Shown here: in pieces, positions 48,260 to 58,040 of the stretch
Numbering within the stretch: position 1 is the first letter of the stretch
Layout: every line of letters starts with the position of its first letter
Virus record (IMG/VR): IMGVR_UViG_3300033073_000492
Coordinates: 10,991-74,990 of that record
Direction: 5' to 3' (one strand)
DNA length: 64,000 nt
Source: a virus
Lineage: Duplodnaviria > Caudoviricetes
The notes under the pieces: model-generated
Database searches by the model: none
What the model saw: only the letters and a program-made list of their open reading frames with translations
What the model was told of the DNA's origin: nothing
Made by a program: the position numbers and the translations under genes

Positions 48260-51200
48260 TTATGCTAATTTAGACATGTCAGATTTGATAGTCTCTAGCT
48301 TCTGTGAAGCTGCCGTGTACGCACTTTGAGCAGACGTTGCTTCAGGACTATCTGGACCGAACTTCATCTTAGCATCCAAAAATTCCTTGCGTGTGGCAAA
48401 GTAGTTATCCTCTTCTGTTGAGTATTCTGCTTTTAGTTTATCATATTGTTGTGCTTCCGCTTGACTCATAATCTTAGGAGTCAATTTACCAAAATTGATT
48501 GGTGGAATCTTCGGATCACCTAATAGTGCTTTGGATTGTGCTACAACACTATCAAAACTACTTGTTGCTTCTGCTACTGTAGGTAATTTGATACCACCGA
48601 TACCAGGCAATGCTGCAATAGAAGCATTTAACTTAGAAATATCAGGTAAGTTCATACCTGCAGTAACTGCGCCCATCAATCCACCTTTTGATAAATCAAG
48701 GCTTCCGACTGCTCCAGTGATGCTGTTAGTAATACCTGATACCGAATCACTAATCTTACTAGATAATCCACTCAAGCTAGGTAGTTTGTCTTTCAATGAT
48801 GAAGGGTCAAGAGATGATACCATATTCATCGCAGATGAGGCACCTGCCGGTAATCCAGCTAATCCTGCAGCGGATGCGGCAGCATCTTTACCAGTTTGTA
48901 GCATAGAACTTATACCACTTGACGTTGCTTTGCTTGCTAACATTCCTACTAATGGGTTAGCTCCTTTAGGTATTAATGATGATACTAATTCACCGGTTGC
49001 CGCGCCTGCTAATGATGCTACTGCTGGCATTGCTAATATACTAGAGGCTTTAGCTGATAACGAATCTTTCAATGACGACGGTGACGCTTTTGCAGCCAAT
49101 TCACTAGCCGTACCTGCGGCACCGGCTGCCGCGGCTTCTGCGTTATCTTTATTGATAGCAGTTAAGTTCAATGGTACACCGGCTTTTAATGGTTTAAATG
49201 AATCAGTGATGCTTGCGAATGCCCCGGCAGCAGTACCCTTTAAAGACTCCAATGGGTTTTCAGGAATTGCTGAAGTTAATGAACTTAATCCTCCGGTAAC
49301 CTTATCTGCAAGGCCTGCCGCAAACTTACCACCGGCAATCAAATCTCCTGGTGAACCTAGATTCATGTTACTTAAGTCTGGCATGTCAGGTAACTTAATT
49401 CCCAACTTATCTATTGACGCATTCTTAACCATATTGATAGTTGCGCCGATGCCAGCAGTTGCACCACTCAACACGAGTCCCAATGATTGAGTTGGACTTT
49501 CTGTACCTGAAAGTATACCAGCTGACTTCAATCCTAATTCACTCTTACCTAATAATTCTGTTTGAGCAGATACTTGCGCTCCTATATCTTTTACAAAGCC
49601 TTCTACACTCGTTATACCATCTTTTCCAGTAAACAAGTTTGTAGGAATAGCTTTTGCTAATGACATTCCACTACTAATAGCATTCTCAATAATTTTATTA
49701 GAACCCGGCTTCAATATACCAGCATCAACTAACTGTGCTGGGTTCATTGCAAATTTACCGATAGCCGCAGTTTTTGTTTCGACTACAGATTCTATCCCGC
49801 CTGTAATACCAAAGATAGCTTTTAATCCAGGGCCGCCGGCACCACCGCCTGTTGCAGTTGTTCTAGACACACGATTAGTCACAACGCCAGCACCGTTTTC
49901 AACTGCGCTTGCCGCAGGTCCGGAAGCGGCATTTGTAGCCACTTGACCCAATGCCGCTTGAGTAGTAGTCTTATCGATAGTACTTGATGCTGGGTTAGTT
50001 GCAGGAACTGTAGCTGCGATAGCAGGTGTTACTGGTGTAGTAGGGTTTTTAGGTGCGCTATTGTTTGCTGCCTGTGTAGATGCTGACGGTGCTGAGGGGA
50101 ACGAGGCATCAGCACTTAAGTTAACTTTAACGTCCACCCCTTTACCAGCCATTGCCCAAGGAGCATGTGCAGGCGCACGACTTGTAATACTCTTTAGTTT
50201 ACCTGGTGCTGACGCATACCCTTTTTGCTTATCGTACAATGTATCTGCATGTGCCGTAAGGTCAATGGATTTTACTGCTGCTGGAGTTAGGCCTGCGGCG
50301 CCAGTGTTCAGATTAATCTTACTACCATTAATGTATGTTGTAGAACCGCTAGCGAATGATGCTTCGCCTCCAGATGACAATGACATACCTCCATCAACTT
50401 TCACAGTATGTTTGCCCATGGTGTAACTTGCAAAGTCTGTTCCTGCTTTATATGAAGTTGTTTCTTCACTTTCTTGTATGATGTTCTTTGCTTTGATGCT
50501 TAGATTTTTGTCAGCGTGAATATTGATATTGTTATCTGCATGAAAATTAATATCACCTTGTGTTCTTACGTTGAATGAATTAGTTGAATATATATCAACA
50601 GTGCCCTCACTGCCTAATTCGACCCAACTCTGTCCGTTAGCGTGAATGATAAACAACGTATCAGCGGTATCACTCATTAATACTTGATGTCCACCTGCAG
50701 TTCGTAAACGCATCAACTGATCCGCACCTGCTTGGTCGCCGTCATCCATCACAATAGAATGTCCGCCTCTTCTACCTGCAATTTTTAGTTTGTCGGGTGA
50801 TGCTGTTTCTGCTTGTTGTTTAATATTATCGTCAGTGAATCCACCTTCATAGATAGGTCTACCCGGAGTACTAATACCAAACACTCTACTAGGACTTTCA
50901 CGCATAGCACTACTGCCAATAGTACCTCTATCCGCATCACGTAATAAACCTTGCTTGTTTAATATCGCTGCCTGATAACTATGCACAGGTCGGGCTTCAC
51001 TAGAACCTTGTGTACTACCTGCAAGTTTAGGATTACCTTTGTTAATTTCACTTACTGGTAAGCGATGGGCACCACCGTAACTAGGTGCTTCACCTTCGTT
51101 AACAGTAATATTACTTGACGCACCTAAGGCAGGGACCATATGATTGTATCCTGATTCAGGCACACAGCCAATATAGTAACCAAAGTTAGCATCACCGTTT

Positions 51201-51544
51201 ACAAAAATACAAATAACTTTTGTGCCTATGTCAGGTGGAGTAGCCCAGAAGCCATACGCATGGGGGTTACCAGTATATGACCCGTTGCCTTTGCTGTCAC
51301 CTGCAGAAGGGGAGGTTGCCCCAAAGAATGGGCTCATGTAACTAACAGTTACCCAACTTTTGCTATCGTCAGATGATCCGCCACCGCCCATGTCTTCCAC
51401 AAACACTTGGATTCTACCTGATTTTTCAGGGTCTATGTTGTTTTTAACAATTCCAATCAGAGGATAGTTTCTCGTGACTGCACCACCCTTATCATTCTTA
51501 AATGATTGGGTCGTGCCACGAACTTTTGCGATATCGTCACTCAT
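48260..51544 (-). CDS. gp5: Baseplate central spike, gp5/VgrG-like, with long C-terminal extension
   Basis: N-terminal OB fold (DPEKSGRIQV, YGFWATPPDIG), GGH..VMDDG, RTAGGHQ, beta-helix repeats. Confidence 0.8.
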   Translation of the reverse strand: MSDDIAKVRGTTQSFKNDKGGAVTRNYPLIGIVKNNIDPEKSGRIQVFVEDMGGGGSSDDSKSWVTVSYMSPFFGATSPSAGDSKGNGSYTGNPHAYGFWATPPDIGTKVICIFVNGDANFGYYIGCVPESGYNHMVPALGASSNITVNEGEAPSYGGAHRLPVSEINKGNPKLAGSTQGSSEARPVHSYQAAILNKQGLLRDADRGTIGSSAMRESPSRVFGISTPGRPIYEGGFTDDNIKQQAETASPDKLKIAGRRGGHSIVMDDGDQAGADQLMRLRTAGGHQVLMSDTADTLFIIHANGQSWVELGSEGTVDIYSTNSFNVRTQGDINFHADNNINIHADKNLSIKAKNIIQESEETTSYKAGTDFASYTMGKHTVKVDGGMSLSSGGEASFASGSTTYINGSKINLNTGAAGLTPAAVKSIDLTAHADTLYDKQKGYASAPGKLKSITSRAPAHAPWAMAGKGVDVKVNLSADASFPSAPSASTQAANNSAPKNPTTPVTPAIAATVPATNPASSTIDKTTTQAALGQVATNAASGPAASAVENGAGVVTNRVSRTTATGGGAGGPGLKAIFGITGGIESVVETKTAAIGKFAMNPAQLVDAGILKPGSNKIIENAISSGMSLAKAIPTNLFTGKDGITSVEGFVKDIGAQVSAQTELLGKSELGLKSAGILSGTESPTQSLGLVLSGATAGIGATINMVKNASIDKLGIKLPDMPDLSNMNLGSPGDLIAGGKFAAGLADKVTGGLSSLTSAIPENPLESLKGTAAGAFASITDSFKPLKAGVPLNLTAINKDNAEAAAAGAAGTASELAAKASPSSLKDSLSAKASSILAMPAVASLAGAATGELVSSLIPKGANPLVGMLASKATSSGISSMLQTGKDAAASAAGLAGLPAGASSAMNMVSSLDPSSLKDKLPSLSGLSSKISDSVSGITNSITGAVGSLDLSKGGLMGAVTAGMNLPDISKLNASIAALPGIGGIKLPTVAEATSSFDSVVAQSKALLGDPKIPPINFGKLTPKIMSQAEAQQYDKLKAEYSTEEDNYFATRKEFLDAKMKFGPDSPEATSAQSAYTAASQKLETIKSDMSKLA

Positions 51545-51552
51545 AATTTACC

Positions 51553-54084
51553 TTATCTCTTTGGAAGCAGTGTTACTGGATCTCGTTTCCCTGCATCACG
51601 ATTATATGCTTCTTGCGAACTCTTTGGCCTATTGTTGTCATCATCTCTGTGCTGTTGTGAAGAATATCCACTGCCACGGCCGCCACCTGCTTTATTGTTT
51701 GATAGATTAACCCCAGTCCTAGCTTGTGTGTTTGCAGTTTGATTGGGGTTATCTGTTCTTCTTGGGTCATGGTCTGCGTATTCTTTTCTTGTTTTGGATC
51801 CGCCGGATTTACCATTTTTCTTTTGACCCTTTCCTGCCTCACTGCGATTGCCCTTGTCCTTTGATGGATCTGATTTTGGTTTTTTAGCAAATGAACTCAA
51901 GTTGGTTGGCATCATATCTAATTCTTGTGTGAATTTACCTTTACTAAATGTACTATGAATCCATTTCAAAATGAAGGTAATGCCTTTTATTGCATCTTTA
52001 ACACTAGGGTCATAATCATAGAAACGTATATTTTGATTCAACGACAATGTGCCCGCCGGAGTAGTCTCGTCTCCTGCTGAATTGTAATCTGTAGCAGTCT
52101 TAAAGTCCAGTTCAATAAACACTTGGCCACCAACTGGGTTAATCGTGAAACTTTGATTATCTGTCACCGTTTTAAAAATATCATTCAAAGAAGAACTAAT
52201 GTTTTGTGCCAAGTAGTCTGGATCGCCTAGAATAGTCATTTTACTTTGCGCTTGGCTTCCAGGATCATACAAGTCAACAGCTAACGCATTGACTGCTTCT
52301 GCCGCTTTATTTTGTGCACCTGTTTGATTACCTGGTTGTGGCTTATCAACTTTAGGCAAAGCAGGAGTACTTTGATTGGGGTGTGAGCTTACACCAGTCA
52401 AAAAGTACAAATTGTTATAGGTTTGTTCATACGATATAACTTCTTTGTTGTTTCCTGTATACCAGTATTCATATTTTTTGTGTGGTCCTGGATAGTTTGA
52501 AGTCTTGCTTACCATTGCAGTTCTAACGAAGGGAATAGTATATTTTTGAACATAGTATGTTATCTCGTATGCATAATCGTTGAGTAACGAATCTTTACCC
52601 AAGACTTGTACACCCGGCATAACTGAGAACCAAGAAACTTCCGCTGGATTACCGTTGACTGCTGGATCATCCTCTGACAACGCAGTTTGTATAGTACTCA
52701 TCATATTCTTGACATAACTACTTTGCTTAATTATCTGTTCGATAGTTGCAACGATGTGAGTACCTGATGTGATTACTACACTCTTTTTTCCTTTGTCAGT
52801 CTTTGCTTTTGCCTCTTTACTTGGATTAGAATCTTTTGTAGATTTAGCTGTATCCATTGCAATGTTTGTTTTATACTTTGCAAAGTCTTTAGGATCTACC
52901 ATCAATGCATCACCTATTCCAGAATTTTCTTGGAACTTAATATTAAACTTATTTGCTATGATTGTAGCCTGTGTGTTCTTATTCTTAGCGGCTTCTTTCT
53001 TTCTCTTTTCAGCGGCTTTAGTCTCAGCATCATTCATCAACTGTATTAAGCCGTTTTTACCTGTTAATATTTCCTCAACAGTAGAGCCAGTGATTGATCC
53101 ACTTCCTGGAATTTGTCCACGCTTAGAACCCATTGATTCTTGTAAACCTAAGTTTACGGCAGTGATGTTATATACTGGCATCTTGCTGTCTAGTCTAAAC
53201 TTGAAAGATTTAATCTTAATGGGGTAAAAGCGTTCAAACAATGCTTTGTTATCTGAACGTTTAGGATCTGAGTTTACGTATCTATCCCCAGTATAAATTT
53301 CGCCGTTCTTGTCATACCCGTAAAAACGAATACCTATAACAAAAAATTGTGCTAGAGCATTAGCAGAGCCCTCGAAGCCAGGTAACTTGGTTGATTCTTG
53401 TACAGTTTTTGCCGCAGTTGTTAGTAACGATGTGAATGAAAGACCATATGGTTCATAGATATTAAATTCAAAATCTATACTAGCTGGACTAGCCGTTCCA
53501 GTACCCTGTGAAGCAGTAATAGTTTTTAGCTTTAAGTCATCTATAAAAAAGTCTAAGTCGAATCCAGGCGCTCGTTTATTCCCACCCTCGGCTGCGCCAT
53601 CAGTATTATTGATACCACCTGATTGAGCAATCAAATAGAACCCATCAGATGATTCCCCATTAGCACCCACAGCATTACCCATCTGTGCTTCACCGGTCAT
53701 GATAAATCTGTTTGCTGCCTCTGGTGTTACCATGTACAAACTTATTTGATATGTGCTACTAGAAAAATCACCTAGGGGATTATACGGTCTTCTGTTAGGC
53801 AGGCCGACACCCAATCCATCTGTTGGTTTAACTTTTTCTTCTGGCTGCGGTGTGCTACTTGTTGGCTGATTTTGTGGGGGTGGAGGTGGCTTTGGTTTAC
53901 TATTGTTATATGTGTTAGCAATCTTAGTTAAATTGTCGCCTGACTTAACAACATACTCAGAGTCATCCGGCATAACCAATACTTGCCCCGGATAGATAAG
54001 ATTAGGGTCTTTGAATGGCTTCCCGTTAGGATACGGTGTATCCTTGTTCTTATTGTATATGTCTCGCCATGTAATGTTTGCCAT
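51553..54084 (-). CDS. Baseplate hub protein (gp27-like position) with N-terminal LysM-like segment
   Basis: NPL..FSSSTY.ISL, ILGDPDYL hub motif; lies between gp53 and gp5. Confidence 0.6.
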   Translation of the reverse strand: MANITWRDIYNKNKDTPYPNGKPFKDPNLIYPGQVLVMPDDSEYVVKSGDNLTKIANTYNNSKPKPPPPPQNQPTSSTPQPEEKVKPTDGLGVGLPNRRPYNPLGDFSSSTYQISLYMVTPEAANRFIMTGEAQMGNAVGANGESSDGFYLIAQSGGINNTDGAAEGGNKRAPGFDLDFFIDDLKLKTITASQGTGTASPASIDFEFNIYEPYGLSFTSLLTTAAKTVQESTKLPGFEGSANALAQFFVIGIRFYGYDKNGEIYTGDRYVNSDPKRSDNKALFERFYPIKIKSFKFRLDSKMPVYNITAVNLGLQESMGSKRGQIPGSGSITGSTVEEILTGKNGLIQLMNDAETKAAEKRKKEAAKNKNTQATIIANKFNIKFQENSGIGDALMVDPKDFAKYKTNIAMDTAKSTKDSNPSKEAKAKTDKGKKSVVITSGTHIVATIEQIIKQSSYVKNMMSTIQTALSEDDPAVNGNPAEVSWFSVMPGVQVLGKDSLLNDYAYEITYYVQKYTIPFVRTAMVSKTSNYPGPHKKYEYWYTGNNKEVISYEQTYNNLYFLTGVSSHPNQSTPALPKVDKPQPGNQTGAQNKAAEAVNALAVDLYDPGSQAQSKMTILGDPDYLAQNISSSLNDIFKTVTDNQSFTINPVGGQVFIELDFKTATDYNSAGDETTPAGTLSLNQNIRFYDYDPSVKDAIKGITFILKWIHSTFSKGKFTQELDMMPTNLSSFAKKPKSDPSKDKGNRSEAGKGQKKNGKSGGSKTRKEYADHDPRRTDNPNQTANTQARTGVNLSNNKAGGGRGSGYSSQQHRDDDNNRPKSSQEAYNRDAGKRDPVTLLPKR

Positions 54085-54085
54085 C

Positions 54086-54385
54086 TTATAAACCTAATGC
54101 TGTTTTCAAGTTGGGTTCTTGTGGGATATAAATGCTTGTACCCGCAACAAAGTCAAACAATGGATCTTTCAATCTGTTAGGATTTCTACTTGCAAAGACC
54201 CACCATAATCTACTATCATTGTATAAGTCATATGCTAGTAAATCAGGTCTTAAATGATAAGTTTGAGTAATCTCCCAATAGGTGTCTGTTACATCTACTG
54301 GTATAGGTCTGTCAATCATTACATCTAAAAATTGACCGTTAACTGTCGAACTCAAATAATATGGACTTGTCTGTGGATAACTCAT
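54086..54385 (-). CDS. gp53: Baseplate wedge subunit, gp53-like
   Basis: RPDLLAYDLY.DSRLWWVF..RNP; TAATG start. Confidence 0.8.
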   Translation of the reverse strand: MSYPQTSPYYLSSTVNGQFLDVMIDRPIPVDVTDTYWEITQTYHLRPDLLAYDLYNDSRLWWVFASRNPNRLKDPLFDFVAGTSIYIPQEPNLKTALGL

Positions 54386-55752
54386 TACCAAATACCTCCG
54401 CCACCTTGTGGGCGTTTAGAACCTCGTGTTAGTTCACCTCTTGCATATTTTTCTACACTAAAGTTATTGCTAATATCATTTCGTGTAACAACTGGTACCG
54501 CAGTGATAGTAATTACCATCTTAGTGGGTACGTATGTTGCTTCTTTATTACTTAGATTGGTGAATACTGGTTCGTTTTTTAATCCACCTTTATTCAAACG
54601 TGAACTACTTAATCTAGCCTTGATAGATTCCCATAGACTTGATTTACCTGAACTCTTGGTGCCAGTGTCTGCAACATTGAATGTATAATCTGAAACTTTG
54701 CCAGCTCTAACATAATCAACATCATCTGGTAAATTCATAGTAAAACCAGTGATAGCTAACGGATGATTATCAAACTGATATGCACCATAACCACTTAAAT
54801 AACACAATGGGGGTGGTGTGCCGTTCTTTGGGTTACTGTCTTGACCGTAAAACATTTTAGTAACTGATTTGAAGAAGTGCATTACTGCTAATAAGTAACT
54901 TGCTTCCTTATTTGTTTGCGCGGTAAAAGTACCTGTAATAGTGATTGCACCTACTTCACTGTTTTTGTATTGATACATTTTATAGTTAGTGTGTGCTAAA
55001 TCAATACCTTCATAATTTGCTGAATACGCAACTGATACTGCAGGTGTGTACGGGAATATGACACCGTCGGTTTCCATCAATGGATATAAAATTTCACCCA
55101 TTGCAGCAGTCCTGTACAAATAGTTTGCATGAGGTGCAAGGCTTAAACGAACACGCCAATCTGGTTTTTGTTCGAAGTCATTCTTTTCTAAAACGGGTTT
55201 CTTTGTGACTTGAATGCCAGAAAATTCTGATGTTTTGTCTGGTACTGTGCGTGTTAATGTTTGACTGTAAGTTCCCTTGCCCCTACCTTGTGCAATCCAT
55301 GTAAGTGTATCACCGTATACAACTGTATATGTGCCGCCGTTAGGCATCTGTAAGACCCAACCAGGCATAAGTCTATTAACATCTTTGCCGATTAAATCTG
55401 AGTTCAAATCATATATTTCTTTATATGCTAGTGGGTCGTTCCTATTACCCGTAACCCAAGGTTCGTTGCTCTCGTATGTTTCTGTTTTTGTTCTAGTGCC
55501 ACCTTTAGCTGAAACGCTAGGTTCATCTGTGTTCTGTGGGTTCTCATCTGCTCTAGGGACGGTTGACTGTCCGTTACTTACATATGGATCGCTACCATCA
55601 TCAACAGTCGATGATGATGTTGTGGCTGGGACGGTTGACTGTCCGTTACTTACATATGGATCGCTACCATCATCAACCGTGCTACTATTATTTGGGGTAG
55701 GTGCTGGAGTAGGATCTGCTACTTCTCTTCCGAATTCATCATACGTTGCCAT
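54385..55752 (-). CDS. Baseplate/tail-tube initiator (gp48/gp54-like) with LysM-like segment
   Basis: GVIFPYTP, ITITGTFTAQ, GTPPP...LSGYG, VPTK; ATAAATA at 55776-55782. Confidence 0.65.
   Translation of the reverse strand: MATYDEFGREVADPTPAPTPNNSSTVDDGSDPYVSNGQSTVPATTSSSTVDDGSDPYVSNGQSTVPRADENPQNTDEPSVSAKGGTRTKTETYESNEPWVTGNRNDPLAYKEIYDLNSDLIGKDVNRLMPGWVLQMPNGGTYTVVYGDTLTWIAQGRGKGTYSQTLTRTVPDKTSEFSGIQVTKKPVLEKNDFEQKPDWRVRLSLAPHANYLYRTAAMGEILYPLMETDGVIFPYTPAVSVAYSANYEGIDLAHTNYKMYQYKNSEVGAITITGTFTAQTNKEASYLLAVMHFFKSVTKMFYGQDSNPKNGTPPPLCYLSGYGAYQFDNHPLAITGFTMNLPDDVDYVRAGKVSDYTFNVADTGTKSSGKSSLWESIKARLSSSRLNKGGLKNEPVFTNLSNKEATYVPTKMVITITAVPVVTRNDISNNFSVEKYARGELTRGSKRPQGGGGIW
55556..55677. repeat. 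Two exact 50-bp direct repeats, period 72 nt
   Basis: gggacggttgactgtccgttacttacatatggatcgctaccatcatcaac at 55556-55605 and 55628-55677. Confidence 0.95.
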
Positions 55753-55815
55753 GGGTTTATACCTTTACTAAATAGTATTTATCGCATCAAAAATCCACAT
55801 TTTTTACCGTAACTG

Positions 55816-55844
55816 TTGTATTCTGCATACAAAAGTGTTACAAT
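55816..55844 (+). promoter_or_regulatory. Sigma70-type promoter of gp55, TTGTAT-N17-TACAAT (extended -10)
   Basis: Motif match with TG at -15/-14; SD GGAG before ATG 55870. Confidence 0.7.
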
Positions 55845-55869
55845 GGCACTATCATAATAACGGAGAACT

Positions 55870-56763
55870 ATGAGCTTAATACCACAAAAGAAGCCCGTGA
55901 ACTATCTCAACAACAAAGACATTTTGAAAGAGATTCACACAAGTAAGAATGCATATTGTACTTTTCTAGACCCTGCAACTGACCATCGATATGACTTTAT
56001 CGTTGACATGCCGACAGAATCTATTGAAAAAAGTCTAAAATTTGCAAATAAAAGAGACACTATTCAGCAAGCTAAAGAAACTAGAGCCGCAAGATTAAGT
56101 GTTGAAACCGGTGAAAAGGTTGACCCAAAGAGTATCAAAACCACAGACCTAGTGTTTAGGGTAATGACTTGGGACCATGTACCTGTCGCACCAAAAGCCC
56201 CTCGCAAAACTGACAAGAAGAAAACAGCAAAAGATATTTTTGAATTTGAAGAAGAAGCCGAAATATTTGCTGACTTAGAAGATACTACAACCAAAGCTGA
56301 GATTGACGACATGGTTCATGTTAAAGTCAACTTCCCACCATTCCAACATTTTAGAATGGACGAGAACAAAACGTTCCAGTGTATTGGCAAGAGTCACTGG
56401 AAAGGTGATTTGGTTACCGGCGAATTCTCAAAGGATCATGGAAATATCACTAACAAACTAGCACGTATGTACATTATGATGTGCGAGAAATACGCTATGA
56501 AGTTTAACTGGCGTGGTTACACATATAACGATGAAATGCGTAACAGTGCCATTCTACAACTAACATATGTTGGGTTACGATTCAATGAAGCCAAAAGTGC
56601 TAACCCATTCGCATATTACACCGCGGCTATCACAAATAGTTTCTGTCGTGTCCTTAACTCTGAAAAGAGAAACCAAAACATTCGTGACGACATTTTAGAA
56701 ATGAATGGGTTGAATCCATCATGGACTCGCCAGGGTACATCAAGTACCGTTTACGAAGAATAG
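55870..56763 (+). CDS. gp55: Late-transcription sigma factor, T4 gp55-like
   Basis: NYLNNKD, NWRGYTYNDEM, FNEAKSANPFAYYT...NSF. Confidence 0.9.
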   Translation: MSLIPQKKPVNYLNNKDILKEIHTSKNAYCTFLDPATDHRYDFIVDMPTESIEKSLKFANKRDTIQQAKETRAARLSVETGEKVDPKSIKTTDLVFRVMTWDHVPVAPKAPRKTDKKKTAKDIFEFEEEAEIFADLEDTTTKAEIDDMVHVKVNFPPFQHFRMDENKTFQCIGKSHWKGDLVTGEFSKDHGNITNKLARMYIMMCEKYAMKFNWRGYTYNDEMRNSAILQLTYVGLRFNEAKSANPFAYYTAAITNSFCRVLNSEKRNQNIRDDILEMNGLNPSWTRQGTSSTVYEE

Positions 56764-56823
56764 AACTTTCAATTTAACCAGAGGGGTTGTTTTTACATCC
56801 CCTCTTCCTGTATACTAGATGTT

Positions 56824-57837
56824 ATGAGTAACCTTTTTAAAAAGGCTGCTGTTTTCACCGACATTCATTTCGGTCTAAAGAGCAATAGCCTGATACACAA
56901 CCAAGACTGTGCCAATTTCGTTGATTGGTTTATACAAGAAGCTAAAAAAGAAAACTGTGAAACATGTTTCTTCTTAGGTGATTTCAATCATCATAGAGCA
57001 AGCATTAACATTCACACACTTCAATATGGCTTACAAGCACTGGAGAAACTAAATGCTGGATTTGATACTGTATATTTTATCCCAGGCAATCACGACCTTT
57101 ATTATCGTGACCGCAGGGACATTCATTCTGTTGAGTGGGCACGCCATCTACCGAACGTTAAAATCATCAACGATTTTTTTCAAGAAGGTGAAGTAGCGAT
57201 TGCTCCTTGGCTTGTTCAAGAAGATTACAAAAAGATTCAAAAACTCAAAGGCAAGTACTTGTTCGGTCACTTTGAGTTACCAAACTTCTTTATGAATGCT
57301 ATGGTAGAAATGCCAGACCACGGTGAATTAAATTCAGAACACATGAATGGATTTGAAAAAGTATTTTCTGGTCACTTCCATAAACGTCAAGCAAAGAAAA
57401 ACGTTTGGTACATCGGTAACGCATTCCCACACAACTATGCTGATGCAGGTGATGATGCTAGAGGCATGATGATACTAGAATGGGACAAAGACCCAGAGTT
57501 TCGTAGTTGGCCTAATCAACCATTATACAGAGTTTACAAGTTATCTGAGATTTTAGAGAACCCAGCCGGTTTACTATTAACTGATAGTCATATTCGTGTA
57601 CACTTAGACATTGATATCAGTTATGAAGAGGCAAACTTTTTGAAAGAAACATTCATTCCAGATTACAAACTACGTGAAATGTCGTTGATTCCTATGAAGG
57701 TAGAACACGTAGAACAAGATGGTAAGGGTGACTTGAAGTTTGAGTCTGTAGACCAAATCGTCATCGACCAGATTAACTCAATCGAATCAAACACATTCGA
57801 CAAAAAGATTTTGCTAGAGATTTACAACAACCTATGA
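56824..57837 (+). CDS. gp47: Recombination nuclease, gp47/Mre11/SbcD-like
   Basis: DIHFG, LGD, GNHD, GHFE, SGHFH phosphoesterase motifs. Confidence 0.95.
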   Translation: MSNLFKKAAVFTDIHFGLKSNSLIHNQDCANFVDWFIQEAKKENCETCFFLGDFNHHRASINIHTLQYGLQALEKLNAGFDTVYFIPGNHDLYYRDRRDIHSVEWARHLPNVKIINDFFQEGEVAIAPWLVQEDYKKIQKLKGKYLFGHFELPNFFMNAMVEMPDHGELNSEHMNGFEKVFSGHFHKRQAKKNVWYIGNAFPHNYADAGDDARGMMILEWDKDPEFRSWPNQPLYRVYKLSEILENPAGLLLTDSHIRVHLDIDISYEEANFLKETFIPDYKLREMSLIPMKVEHVEQDGKGDLKFESVDQIVIDQINSIESNTFDKKILLEIYNNL

Positions 57838-58040
57838 TACACAAGATAGCGAAAGAAGCGGGTTTCTTTGTCAAAGATGATGAAATATATACTAGCAAAC
57901 TAGAACATCTTCCCATAACAAAAGACTTGGAAAAGTTTGCAAAACTTATCATCAAACAATATAAACAAGAAGAACGACAAAGCCGAAAAGAAGTAAAAAG
58001 CAAATTAGGCTACTCACGCATAGGACTTAACAATACATGA
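57834..58040 (+). CDS. Small hypothetical protein
   Basis: ATGA-coupled on both sides. Confidence 0.7.
   Translation: MIHKIAKEAGFFVKDDEIYTSKLEHLPITKDLEKFAKLIIKQYKQEERQSRKEVKSKLGYSRIGLNNT

Noticed and set aside
48495-49490. 331-aa plus-strand ORF antisense to the gp5-like gene
   Set aside because: A shadow ORF produced by the Ala/Gly/Ser codon bias of the sense gene; no SD or promoter.
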